This document shows, one piece after another, positions 37,671 to 47,137 of a DNA stretch of 64,000 nucleotides. Position 1 is the first letter of the stretch, and every line of letters begins with the position of its first letter. The translations under genes and the position numbers were made by a program. The notes below the pieces were generated by a model that did not search any database, was not told where the DNA came from, and saw only the letters and a program-made list of their open reading frames with translations. The stretch comes from Methanobacteriota archaeon (GTDB taxonomy: Archaea; Thermoplasmatota; Thermoplasmata; SG8-5; JAGLSY01): the NCBI GenBank assembly GCA_020696385.1, contig JAEHCQ010000002.1:128001-192000 (forward strand), read 5' to 3'.

Positions 37671-39050
37671 ATGGCAAAGAAGAAAGGCGGTAAGAAAAAG
37701 GGTAAGACCTCTTCAAAGAAGAAAGGCGGTAGCTCTTCTTCCAAGAAAAAAGGCAAGTCCTCAAAGCCAAAGAAGCAGGCCGAATCAGTAGTTGAGGAAG
37801 TTATAGAGCAGCCTGTGGAAGAGCCAGTAGAGGATGTCACCGAAGAGATGCAGATTGATGAACCTGAAGAAGAGATTATAGAAGATATTCCTGAACCTGA
37901 AGAAGAGGTTATCGAAGAAGAAGTACAGATCGATGAGGATGTTCCTGAACCAGAGAATGAGGATATCGCTGATGATATGAGCATTGATGAGGATATCAGC
38001 GAGCCGGTCGAAGATGATTCTAAATTAAGTGATGCTGTTTCCGCAGTGATCTCCGACGAAGATAGTGGTGAAAAGAAGGAAGTGAAGAAGAAAAAGACAG
38101 CCACCGAGAAGAAAAGAGAGAAAATGATCATGCAATGGGCCGCGGAAGGCTACAATGTGGAAACTCTGGAAAGCCTACTGGAAAGTGGTGTGAGGAAAGG
38201 AGTGAAGAAAGTGTTCGATCAGTTTGACATTAATGTCAAACGGATCGAAGAGATAAAGGAGGAATTGGGATCCGCTGGCCTTGAGGACGTAGAAGCCAAG
38301 GTGGAAGAATTCAATACCCTTCTCTCAAACCCTAATGACCTTGATAATATCGAATTAGAATTCACCAAACTCAAGTCATCCAAGAGAGTGGCTGAGATAA
38401 AGAAAGAGCTTGATGGCATGGTCCTCGATTCCCTGAAGGATCGCGTTGCAGAGCTTCATGAGATGCTTGAGAACCCTGACAATCTGCCAGAGGTGGAAGA
38501 AAAGCTGGCGGAACTCAAAAAAGATTACAAAGAAGCCTACTTCGAAGATGGAGTCGAATCCCTTGTCACCACGACAGATGAGGATGCGAAACCAAAGGCC
38601 GTGGCAAAGAAGCCTGCACAGAATGGTGCGAAGAAAAAGCCAATGGAAGTAAAGGACATATTCCTCCTTTACAAGGATGGAAAATTCATCTCACATCATA
38701 CAGCCAGGGTCGTTCCAAAGGAAGAGCAGGAGCAATTGTTTGCCGATCTCAAGACAGGAAGGAACTATCTTAAATCACCAAATTACAAACCTCAGAAATT
38801 AAATGTTATTTCAGTGAACGGCAGAAAGATCCTTGTCCAGGGCGGCCAATACACAGTTATCATAATGGTCGTGACTGGAGATGTCAACCCATGGACGGAG
38901 AAGATTGTGAAGAAGGTCCAGGGATTGCTGGAGAAAGAAGATGTCCAGCCATTGACAAAATGGAATGGAGATGTCGCTTCCCTGAAAAGCGCGGGAAAAT
39001 ACATGACCGCTCTTCTTTATGCCTGCATGAAGCTCTCGAACAAGAAATGA
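37671..39050 (+). CDS. Lys-rich/acidic/coiled-coil protein with C-terminal longin-like domain
   Basis: Poly-K N-terminus, acidic linker, W-x-x-EGYNV helical region, DIFLLYKDGKFI...WNGD domain similar to 31034-31576. Confidence 0.75.
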   Translation: MAKKKGGKKKGKTSSKKKGGSSSSKKKGKSSKPKKQAESVVEEVIEQPVEEPVEDVTEEMQIDEPEEEIIEDIPEPEEEVIEEEVQIDEDVPEPENEDIADDMSIDEDISEPVEDDSKLSDAVSAVISDEDSGEKKEVKKKKTATEKKREKMIMQWAAEGYNVETLESLLESGVRKGVKKVFDQFDINVKRIEEIKEELGSAGLEDVEAKVEEFNTLLSNPNDLDNIELEFTKLKSSKRVAEIKKELDGMVLDSLKDRVAELHEMLENPDNLPEVEEKLAELKKDYKEAYFEDGVESLVTTTDEDAKPKAVAKKPAQNGAKKKPMEVKDIFLLYKDGKFISHHTARVVPKEEQEQLFADLKTGRNYLKSPNYKPQKLNVISVNGRKILVQGGQYTVIIMVVTGDVNPWTEKIVKKVQGLLEKEDVQPLTKWNGDVASLKSAGKYMTALLYACMKLSNKK

Positions 39051-39300
39051 TAACTTGATAATAATTCAATAAATGAAGCATAGCTTGAGCTAAATCTCGA
39101 GATTGGACATATTCAATATGGATATCTCTCCAAATCATTGTTAACGATGTATAATCAAATATGCTTCCATTTTCGATATATTTAGATACTATAAAGTTCA
39201 TATATGAATTATACAAAGAGGGAGATATGCGCGCTGTGAACATTGTCCTCAGGCTTTTGGTACTATCAACAGGTATAGACCTTTCTCACTCCAATGATCG

Positions 39301-39606
39301 ATGATAGGTAGCGGCATCTATGAAAAAGGTGATACACTGGACAGCATTGGTTTCATATCAGATATAGAAAAAGAATTTGTGCCCATTGCGCCCATCGTGG
39401 AGTTCGCGATAAATAAGCAGATGCAGGAAGTGGGGGCTAGTAAAGAGTATATGAATCCAAAACAGGCATTGGAGTTCATAGATAATATGGCCGATGCTCT
39501 TGAGATGTTCCTTGGAAAGGATAAAGCAAGGGATTCGAGAAAATTCATGATTAGCACGCTCAGAAAACATGCGCCTGAGCATTTCGAGGAAAGTTCCTTG
39601 ATATAA
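39301..39606 (+). CDS. Small helical hypothetical protein
   Basis: 101-aa ORF 9 nt upstream of the next gene, host-like composition. Confidence 0.65.
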   Translation: MIGSGIYEKGDTLDSIGFISDIEKEFVPIAPIVEFAINKQMQEVGASKEYMNPKQALEFIDNMADALEMFLGKDKARDSRKFMISTLRKHAPEHFEESSLI

Positions 39607-39615
39607 GGAGATCGA

Positions 39616-40158
39616 ATGGTAGTTATTGTAGTATCCGGGCTTCCAGGAGCTGGAAAGGAAGAGTTCGTCAGAGTCGCTGTAGATAAGGATTTCTCCATAA
39701 TCAGAATGGGAGATGTAGTTCGTCAACATGCGATGGATCTGGGGCTGAAAATGGGCGATCTGTCCATCGGCGGACATGCCAATTCCGAGAGGGAGAAGCA
39801 CGGCAAGGAAATATGGGCCGTGCGGTCTATGATGGAATTACCAAATGGCAATTTGATCATAGACGGCTGCCGTAGCGAATACGAGCTCGCATATTTCAAA
39901 AAGAATATAGAGAATATGATCACGGTGGGTATCGAAGCATCTGTGGAAACCCGCTTTCACAGACTGGTAGCTAGAAAAAGAGATGATGACCCTACCACGA
40001 TGGAAGACTTCCAAAGACGCGAGGACAGGGAATTGGGATGGGGCATCACGGATGCTGTTAACAATGCCCAGATAAAACTGGGTAATGACGGGAGCCTGGA
40101 AGAATTCAGGCAACTATGCAGGACCACACTGCAGGCAATAGATAGTGGAGGATATTAA
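39616..40158 (+). CDS. UPF0200 / dephospho-CoA-kinase-like P-loop protein
   Basis: GLPGAGK, MGDVVR, IDG-x-RS-x-x-E, RE-x-RELGWG. Confidence 0.85.
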   Translation: MVVIVVSGLPGAGKEEFVRVAVDKDFSIIRMGDVVRQHAMDLGLKMGDLSIGGHANSEREKHGKEIWAVRSMMELPNGNLIIDGCRSEYELAYFKKNIENMITVGIEASVETRFHRLVARKRDDDPTTMEDFQRREDRELGWGITDAVNNAQIKLGNDGSLEEFRQLCRTTLQAIDSGGY

Positions 40159-40276
40159 GGGAGTATGATCATATACTGGTCATCACATCCTAGATAATCA
40201 TACAGAAAACATTAAAATGGTTCTGTGCTTGGGCATTGCATCGAACCTCAATATGAGAATAAATGGAGGGAAATAA

Positions 40277-41419
40277 ATGAAAGAGATCAACATTCACGAA
40301 ACGAACGCGAAGGACATCATGAGCAAGAGGCCAGTGACCATCGAATTTCACGAGGAGATATCTGTGGCATTGGGAAAGATGAAGGAGCATGATATCCATG
40401 AACTGCCCGTTACAGACGATGGCAAGATGATAGGACTGGTCAGCTATGACACATTTTTGAAAAGAAGGAATATTCCAATGACCACGAAGGTGGAGAATGT
40501 CATGAGCTTCCCACCAAGACTTAGTCCAGATATTTCCATAATGGATATCGCTGAAGTGATGCTTTCATCCGGATACAGGGCGGTTCCAGTTACCGAGGAT
40601 GAAGTTATCGTGGGCATAGTATCCAGATCAGATCTCATTAGCTCAATACCGGCAATGGAAATACTCAAGGGCATCAAGGTCAAAGAGATAATGACCCATA
40701 ACCCAACTTGTGTCACCGGTAATGACACGATAGACACAGCAAAAAGCCTGATGAACCGCCTCGATGTAAGAGCCTTGCCAGTTATTGACAATGACAGCAA
40801 GATCACCGGAATGGTCGGTCTAAGGGACATGACCGAGTCCGGATGGAGGAAGAAGCAGAAGACTGGCGCTGGTGGCGGCGGAGAGAGCAAGCCATTGAAG
40901 ATCAATATATCCAGTGTGATGAATCAAAACCCAATATGCGTTGACGAGGACCAGACCATCGCAGATGCTGTGGGATTGATGCTGGATAATGGAATATCCA
41001 CCCTCGTGGTATCAAAGCACGATGTTCCAATAGGCGTCGTCGCTCAGTATGATCTGATGGAGCTTATAGCCAGTTTCCAGAAGACCGATGGTGTTTATGT
41101 TCAGATATCGGGTATCGATATGGAAGATTCCGATGCTTATGATCCCATGTACGACATGATACAGAAATCCATGATCAGAACGGGGAAATTGGTCAAGCCA
41201 AAGATGTTCACCATCCATGTCTCCATGCACGGTGATGGACATGACGAGCACTCTGGACATTATCAGTTGAGCGGAAGAATGACCACGGACCACGAGATGT
41301 ACTATGCCCAAGCTACTGATTGGGATCTTCTGAAATGTCTCAGCGACCTCCTCAGCCAGCTTGACCGCATGGTGAGGAAGGACAAGAGCAAGAAGGATTC
41401 CAGACACAAAAAAGGATAG
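40277..41419 (+). CDS. Four-CBS-domain protein with C-terminal HPF/RaiA-like domain (candidate ribosome hibernation factor)
   Basis: Two CBS pairs; C-terminal VYVQISG...HV...Y...WDLLKCLSDLL-x-x-L beta-alpha-beta3-alpha pattern. Confidence 0.75.
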   Translation: MKEINIHETNAKDIMSKRPVTIEFHEEISVALGKMKEHDIHELPVTDDGKMIGLVSYDTFLKRRNIPMTTKVENVMSFPPRLSPDISIMDIAEVMLSSGYRAVPVTEDEVIVGIVSRSDLISSIPAMEILKGIKVKEIMTHNPTCVTGNDTIDTAKSLMNRLDVRALPVIDNDSKITGMVGLRDMTESGWRKKQKTGAGGGGESKPLKINISSVMNQNPICVDEDQTIADAVGLMLDNGISTLVVSKHDVPIGVVAQYDLMELIASFQKTDGVYVQISGIDMEDSDAYDPMYDMIQKSMIRTGKLVKPKMFTIHVSMHGDGHDEHSGHYQLSGRMTTDHEMYYAQATDWDLLKCLSDLLSQLDRMVRKDKSKKDSRHKKG

Positions 41420-41450
41420 AACAAACACTCAACTAATAAGGTGAATGTAA

Positions 41451-41503
41451 ACGCGTTAGTTCTTCTAATCGCTAGTGAGATATAAAACAGAGGCGATTAG
41501 AAA
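41451..41503 (+). repeat. Dispersed hairpin repeat, copy A
   Basis: TTCTAATCGC...GCGATTAGAA stem; ACGCGTTAGTTCTTCTAATCGCTAGT matches the reverse complement of 44981-45006 at 24/26. Confidence 0.7.
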
Positions 41504-41528
41504 GAACATAAATGCTGAAAAACTGAAT

Positions 41529-41556
41529 ACCTGGCCAGCGTCAAAACTGGCCAGGT
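41529..41556. terminator. Stem-loop between convergent genes
   Basis: ACCTGGCCAG / CTGGCCAGGT, followed by a T-rich tract. Confidence 0.6.
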
Positions 41557-41605
41557 TCACTTTCCTATTTTTATAGAAGATAATTCCACATGAGTTATTA
41601 TTGAA

Positions 41606-42619
41606 TTAAAATTTCCAATATTTTGATTGGACTTCCTTTGCTTCATCCACCCAATCATTTCCAGAGCCATGAGAATCCTGGATCTCATCATACTTCAAAG
41701 GGAATTCCTGAGTCTTGAACAAGGCCAAAGTTCCACAGACGACCTCGGCCAATGCGTCTGTGTCATACCCGCCTTCGAGCATAATTGTTGTTCTGCCATC
41801 GCATAGTTCTTTTCCGATATCCAGTAATTTGGATATCTGTGCCAGGTAGCCTTTACTCGACAATGTGAGGGAAGCTAATTGATCTCGATAATGAGCATCA
41901 CCACCGAAGCTTATCAAAAGAGCTTCGGGTTTGTATTGTCTGAGTATCGGAATTATGAGACTATCAAAGGCATGGTCGAATGTACCGTCGCCCGATCTGG
42001 ACGGCAATGGGACATTGACATTGAAGCCCTCTCCATCATCGATCCCGACATCGTCAAAATAGCCAGTGCCTGGATATACCCCATGCTGATGCGTGGATAT
42101 GAAAAGCACGTCCTTCGAATCCTGGAATATGTCATTTGTTCCATTACCATGATGCACGTCGATATCCACTATCGCCACCTTGCGGACCTTGGCCAGTAAA
42201 TGTTCAGCCGCTATAGCGACATTGTTGAAATAGCAAAACCCGCCACCATAATCCTTTCCCGCATGGTGGCCGGGAGGTCTCACCATGGCGTAACTCGGCT
42301 TCTTATTCTCATAGGACCAGTCTGCTGCCTGCACCGCGCCGCCAGCAGCCATGGAGGCCATCTCGAAAGTGTTAGGCCTGATGTAGGTGTCCGCATCCAT
42401 GTAACCCTGCGGAAGGCTCTCGATCATGTCGATATAAGGTATGGTGTGTGCGAGAGCTAATTGCTCCCTTGTGGCCGGAGTGGGAGTGATGATCTCACCA
42501 TCCGATATAACTTCAGGAAGCCGGGACAGAATATCTAGAACTCGCTTTGGACATTCTGGATGTCCAGGTGTTTGCGTCAATTCAGAATATGATCCATGAT
42601 AAAATAACATGACTGCCAC
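41606..42619 (-). CDS. Histone deacetylase-family protein
   Basis: HPECP-x-R, RPPGHHA, GFCYFNN, DIDVHHGNGT, G-x-DAH-x-x-D, LEGGY. Confidence 0.95.
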   Translation of the reverse strand: MAVMLFYHGSYSELTQTPGHPECPKRVLDILSRLPEVISDGEIITPTPATREQLALAHTIPYIDMIESLPQGYMDADTYIRPNTFEMASMAAGGAVQAADWSYENKKPSYAMVRPPGHHAGKDYGGGFCYFNNVAIAAEHLLAKVRKVAIVDIDVHHGNGTNDIFQDSKDVLFISTHQHGVYPGTGYFDDVGIDDGEGFNVNVPLPSRSGDGTFDHAFDSLIIPILRQYKPEALLISFGGDAHYRDQLASLTLSSKGYLAQISKLLDIGKELCDGRTTIMLEGGYDTDALAEVVCGTLALFKTQEFPLKYDEIQDSHGSGNDWVDEAKEVQSKYWKF

Positions 42620-43303
42620 CTACTGTATCTGCCCACATCCCAGGCACTTGGCCTTGTCCCCGGAGGCTGATACAAGCTCCCCGCCACAAGACCTGCATTT
42701 TTCCTCCAGGTCTTTTGTGGGCGCGACCTCCAAAGGCGCGTTCTTGGTAGATGCTGGCTCATCAAATATTGGAGATGGAGCAGTTTGCCCGACCTCGCCA
42801 TCTTCCTGTATGGCACCATCATCATCATTAGTGATTACTGGATGATGGTGATCTGATTCTCCAGCATGCACCACGGTGGTCTTTGTAATTCTGTCAAAAA
42901 GCCTCTGTCTGGGGTCACCCCTCCCAGCCAGACCTATGACCGCGTCTATAGGCAATAGAATGTACCACAGGACCTTGGGAATGTTCCTGAGAAAAAGCAT
43001 TATTGATCCACTGCCCCCGGTACCCAGATATCTGGCCTTCAACCCCAATATCTTCTTTCCAATGGTGGCACCCATGGCGGCCTCCATTATGCCGGAATAG
43101 AGAAAGAGAACGACACTGGATACGAGTCCGGATATGATGATGGTGTTTTTATCCATCATCATCAAAACCGCGCCAGTGGCGAAGAAAACGATCAACATAT
43201 CGATCATGATAGCCAGCACCCTGTAGAGCCAGTGCTTTCGAAGCTTTCTATCATGTCCAAGAATATCAAAGCCGGTGACCATATCAATCACAGGTAAATG
43301 CAA
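42620..43303 (-). CDS. RDD-family membrane protein with C-terminal zinc ribbon
   Basis: R-x-LA-x-x-ID, GATIGK, RN, QRLFD; CRSC...CLGC. Confidence 0.85.
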   Translation of the reverse strand: MHLPVIDMVTGFDILGHDRKLRKHWLYRVLAIMIDMLIVFFATGAVLMMMDKNTIIISGLVSSVVLFLYSGIMEAAMGATIGKKILGLKARYLGTGGSGSIMLFLRNIPKVLWYILLPIDAVIGLAGRGDPRQRLFDRITKTTVVHAGESDHHHPVITNDDDGAIQEDGEVGQTAPSPIFDEPASTKNAPLEVAPTKDLEEKCRSCGGELVSASGDKAKCLGCGQIQ

Positions 43304-43387
43304 CGGAATATATGAGAGTTGGGTTAATTTTTGTATCTGATGATGATCTGATAATAATCTGATGACGAACAGGCTTATCTTTGAACA

Positions 43388-44581
43388 TCATAGCAGGACG
43401 ATGGCCAGTACCAACACGATACCCGCCATCAAGCTCGTCGCTGGCCAGATGGCCTTGAAAAAGTCTTTCAAACTGACCTTGAAATACTCCAGTGACACAG
43501 TATTGCACGGATGTATCGGGGATATGAGATAGCCCAGGAATATGCTGAAATAAGTTATCGCGAAGGCCATGGGATCCACACTGGCCACCACGAAGTTCGT
43601 TAGATAGATGGGCACGATTATCGATATTGGAAGCTGAATTCGACCAGTTGACAATCCAAGGAAGAAAGCTACGAAAACGCAGAGCACGACCTTGGATGGA
43701 GATAATTCCGATATTTCCTGGGGAGTACCGGAAGCCACGAAAACATTGAGGAAGACGAACATCCCGATAACTATGAGCCCGTATTTCCATGGCCTCATTT
43801 CCGTCACGATCTTTCGCAATCCCTTGAACTCCACCTTGCCCAGCCAGATGGCGAAGAACAAGGATATGATCACGGCTACCAGAAGGCTGGATTCCCTGTA
43901 TTCCGGGTTCCAGGTATTGAGCATTATGACATCCAGAACCGGGGCGATGAGGATGATGAAGAGAGGTATCAGAAGGCCAGCTAATGAGAACACTTTCTTG
44001 TATTCCATCTTCGCTCCCGATTTCCTGACGAAGAAGAAATACCCCACAATAAGCAATAGGCCGAAGAAGGGAATGAGATACAAAATGGCCTCGTAAATAT
44101 CGAGGCCAGCTATCTTGACTCCGACTATAAGGGAGGTTGAAAGCGGATATACCAGGTATAGGGCGTGCCTGTACCAGACATTTATCGCCACCTTGTCAAC
44201 ATCCGACACACCTTTGCCACCCTTTTCTATCAAGGGGGCGGAAAGAAGCGCGCCACCGGGCATTGGAAGCATACCGACGAGCGCGGGAGAGAACATGAGA
44301 AAGGGTCTCTGGCCTATCCTGAGATTCTCCACGAGGGAATCCATCAGGCCAGACTTGTTCATTATGCCGCCGATAACCGGGATTATGGTGACTGCGAGAC
44401 CCAACATCAAAACACCCGGATCGATAAGGGTCTCATAGACCGCGGTAAAGGGATCACTGGGCAGTGTGATGAAAGCCAGTAAAAAAGAGGATGCGAACAT
44501 GGCCACCCACAGGCTCCACCTTGAGATGATAAGCAGGGCTGCGATCGCCACTATGAAGGCTATCCAAATTACCAGGTCCAT
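43388..44581 (-). CDS. DUF401-family membrane protein
   Basis: PALVGMLPMPGGALLSAP, N-x-WYRH, SPIHPC. Confidence 0.85.
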   Translation of the reverse strand: MDLVIWIAFIVAIAALLIISRWSLWVAMFASSFLLAFITLPSDPFTAVYETLIDPGVLMLGLAVTIIPVIGGIMNKSGLMDSLVENLRIGQRPFLMFSPALVGMLPMPGGALLSAPLIEKGGKGVSDVDKVAINVWYRHALYLVYPLSTSLIVGVKIAGLDIYEAILYLIPFFGLLLIVGYFFFVRKSGAKMEYKKVFSLAGLLIPLFIILIAPVLDVIMLNTWNPEYRESSLLVAVIISLFFAIWLGKVEFKGLRKIVTEMRPWKYGLIVIGMFVFLNVFVASGTPQEISELSPSKVVLCVFVAFFLGLSTGRIQLPISIIVPIYLTNFVVASVDPMAFAITYFSIFLGYLISPIHPCNTVSLEYFKVSLKDFFKAIWPATSLMAGIVLVLAIVLL

Positions 44582-44874
44582 GCATTCCCAGAATTCATAG
44601 GGGTTTATGTTACTTGCCCCGGAAGGTGATTAAACATTTTTCTGCCAAGCCATCGGCTCCAGAAAATTGTTTAATACATATTTGCGCATTAACCAATTGA
44701 AGAGCGCAAATACAAGTTAACGATCGTGTGCCCAGCGAGCGATATTTACGAGGAGAATGAGATTGTTGAACATATGCCGGGGTTCTCGAAACCTTAAAAT
44801 ATAAATGCGGTATGAAGGGGCAATGCGGAACAATGGTTTTCTTCAGCTTTTGCAAAGAAAATCCATAGTTCAAT

Positions 44875-44946
44875 GCCGTCGTAGCTTAGTGGTGGAGCGG
44901 CTGACTGTTAATCAGCAGGTCACAGGTTCAAATCCTGTCGACGGCG
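44875..44946 (+). tRNA. tRNA-Asn (GTT)
   Basis: Acceptor stem GCCGTCG/CGACGGC; anticodon arm GCTGA-CTGTTAA-TCAGC; T arm ACAGG-TTCAAAT-CCTGT; no encoded CCA. Confidence 0.97.
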
Positions 44947-44953
44947 CCTTTTT

Positions 44954-45006
44954 TTTCTAATCGCCAAGATGTGATGTATTACTAGCGATTAGAAGATCTA
45001 ACACGT
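44954..45006 (-). repeat. Dispersed hairpin repeat, copy B
   Basis: Inverted homologue of 41451-41503, immediately 3' of the tRNA. Confidence 0.7.
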
Positions 45007-45078
45007 ATCTGGCCATATGCATTTTAAGTGTTTGATTCAGAACTTCCCCGCCCTCCAGATAAATTAATTAAAGACAAA

Positions 45079-46170
45079 TTATGGAGTAATTATCAGATAT
45101 ATTTCCAAATAATCATTGTAATCATCGACACTGAAATCATCCAAATAACGCAATACAAACTCTACCTCTGTAAGTGAGTCTTGCCCACATGTTACATTGA
45201 TCACTTCTCTATCAATAACGACATCGTCCTTTCTCAATTCGAAGGTGAATGTAACATCATCATCCAGATCATGTTCGAAAGCATATAATTCGCATTCAAC
45301 ATCAATATAGTATCCCAATTCGTCGTCATGATTTAATTGCCAATTATTGTCATCTAAATCTAAAGAGAATACAGCGCCGTATATTGGAACTCCAACTATT
45401 GTCGTAATGTTCCAATGGAGCTCATATTCTTGGTACAATTCCGCAAATTTATAATATCCGCCAGTAGGGTCTAAACCAATCCAGTCCTCTCCCAAATATG
45501 ATTGTATTTTATCATGTACACCGTTGGATGGTGGAGTGTATGAGGGTAGCTTTACTGCAACATATGCGTGAGTATATATTACCTCATCTATCTCCCCAGC
45601 CGTATATACAATTGCGACCTCTTTTAACCCTCCTGCATATAATAAAGATGCTAGAAGTGATGCATAATCACTGCATATCCCCTCTTTCGTTGTCAATATG
45701 GTCACTGGGTATGGAGATTCATATCCTAAATTTTCAATAGGATTTATTTCCTCGGCTACATAATCATATGCAGCTTTTGCCTGTTGAACTATATCGTCTG
45801 GGTAAGATTTCTTGAAGCTATCTGATAGGTTTTGAATCGTAGGGCTAACACGAACTGTTAACAAATTAGTATTAAGAGCATATTCATGAATGTAATTCCC
45901 CCATAATATTGTACTACTTTCAATTTTTACATATCGTAAATCTTCAGGTGTCGTAGGATATTTATTGTAAAACTCCAGATCATTCGAGTCAATTGGTCCC
46001 GAATCTGAATTATTAATTAAAGCCCAGCTTACACTAGCTACAATTATAGCCAGCACAATTGCAATTGCAATAACTTTCTTGTTTGGCTGTTTCTTTGGTG
46101 GCGAGTCATAGGCCTGACTATTGTTCAAAATATTTTCACTATTTTCTTCATTATCCATTCCTTCCACCAC
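45079..46170 (-). CDS. Membrane-anchored transglutaminase-like protein
   Basis: N-terminal TM; G-x-C-x-DYA, HAY, DPT catalytic triad motifs; AT-rich. Confidence 0.85.
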   Translation of the reverse strand: MVEGMDNEENSENILNNSQAYDSPPKKQPNKKVIAIAIVLAIIVASVSWALINNSDSGPIDSNDLEFYNKYPTTPEDLRYVKIESSTILWGNYIHEYALNTNLLTVRVSPTIQNLSDSFKKSYPDDIVQQAKAAYDYVAEEINPIENLGYESPYPVTILTTKEGICSDYASLLASLLYAGGLKEVAIVYTAGEIDEVIYTHAYVAVKLPSYTPPSNGVHDKIQSYLGEDWIGLDPTGGYYKFAELYQEYELHWNITTIVGVPIYGAVFSLDLDDNNWQLNHDDELGYYIDVECELYAFEHDLDDDVTFTFELRKDDVVIDREVINVTCGQDSLTEVEFVLRYLDDFSVDDYNDYLEIYLIITP

Positions 46171-46233
46171 TGACTACTAACGAGCACACAGCTTTTACTG
46201 GTTATCGCTCGTCGCTAAGTAGATGGGAGATAG

Positions 46234-46266
46234 TACCTAAATACATTTCCATTACCAGAAAAAAGA
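46234..46266 (-). repeat. Duplicated promoter-like segment (second copy at 47034-47065)
   Basis: TACCTAAATACATTTCCATTACCAGAAAAAAGA vs TACCTAAAAGCATTTCCATTATCATAAAAAGA, 800 bp apart, each upstream of a minus-strand gene. Confidence 0.65.
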
Positions 46267-46495
46267 AGCTGGCGATGTGTTAACATAGCGATGGGCATGC
46301 TCGAATGCAAATGCCTTGCATATGATTGCAATTCCCGAGCGAGTAGGCCTACCCGAGTTTCTTTGTTTGTCCGTCTTTTTTCTTTGGAGGGTAGGCCAGC
46401 ACAGCGAGGGTTAAAGAAAAAAGTGGGTTTGAATGCAAATGCCTTGCTGAGATTCAGCTTGGCTTTTTCCTCCCACTATATGCCTGGGATGCTGG

Positions 46496-46975
46496 CTAAT
46501 CATCATAGCGCTGAAACATTCTTGATCTGAGCAAACCCGAGAACAGGAAGGTGATTATCAACATGATGCTAACTAAAAACACCCCTATAAGAAACATGGT
46601 AATATGGCTAAATAGCAATTCTGGATAGATGAAGGAGATTGAGAAGAAATAAAATGTGAATCCTCCAAATATTAACAACATGATCACATTGTCTCTGACT
46701 ATCTTTTTTGCACATCTCTCGCTCTTTATTTTGATACATCTCTTATATCTCAATGGGAATTTCTTATACCTATAATATGCGAAGAATAGCATCACGCCAA
46801 ACCAAGAAATGACCCTTACCAATGTCATATCTAAAAATGATCCTTGAACAACAAAATATAGAATGATGGAAGCAATAATAGCTCCCCACATCACAATATC
46901 AATAAAGGCAGATTCTAATTCCTCCTGCCATTTTTCGATAACATAGTTTATCTTTTTATTTTTGTCACGAAACAT
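46496..46975 (-). CDS. Hypothetical four-TM membrane protein
   Basis: Four hydrophobic segments; GGAG SD; AT-rich. Confidence 0.65.
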   Translation of the reverse strand: MFRDKNKKINYVIEKWQEELESAFIDIVMWGAIIASIILYFVVQGSFLDMTLVRVISWFGVMLFFAYYRYKKFPLRYKRCIKIKSERCAKKIVRDNVIMLLIFGGFTFYFFSISFIYPELLFSHITMFLIGVFLVSIMLIITFLFSGLLRSRMFQRYDD

Positions 46976-47137
46976 CGTAATGGCACATCTCCTTTCTCTT
47001 CTATTCTTTCCCTCACTTCCGTATATGAAATGCTACCTAAAAGCATTTCCATTATCATAAAAAGAGTTTGAACATCACTATATGTTACTATACATCTTAT
47101 CCAAACATATATTTACCCCTTCTTCATCCCGCGAACT

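Noticed and set aside
44946-47130. Integrated virus or ICE at tRNA-Asn
   Set aside because: No integrase and no duplicated tRNA 3' end seen; only two cargo-like genes.
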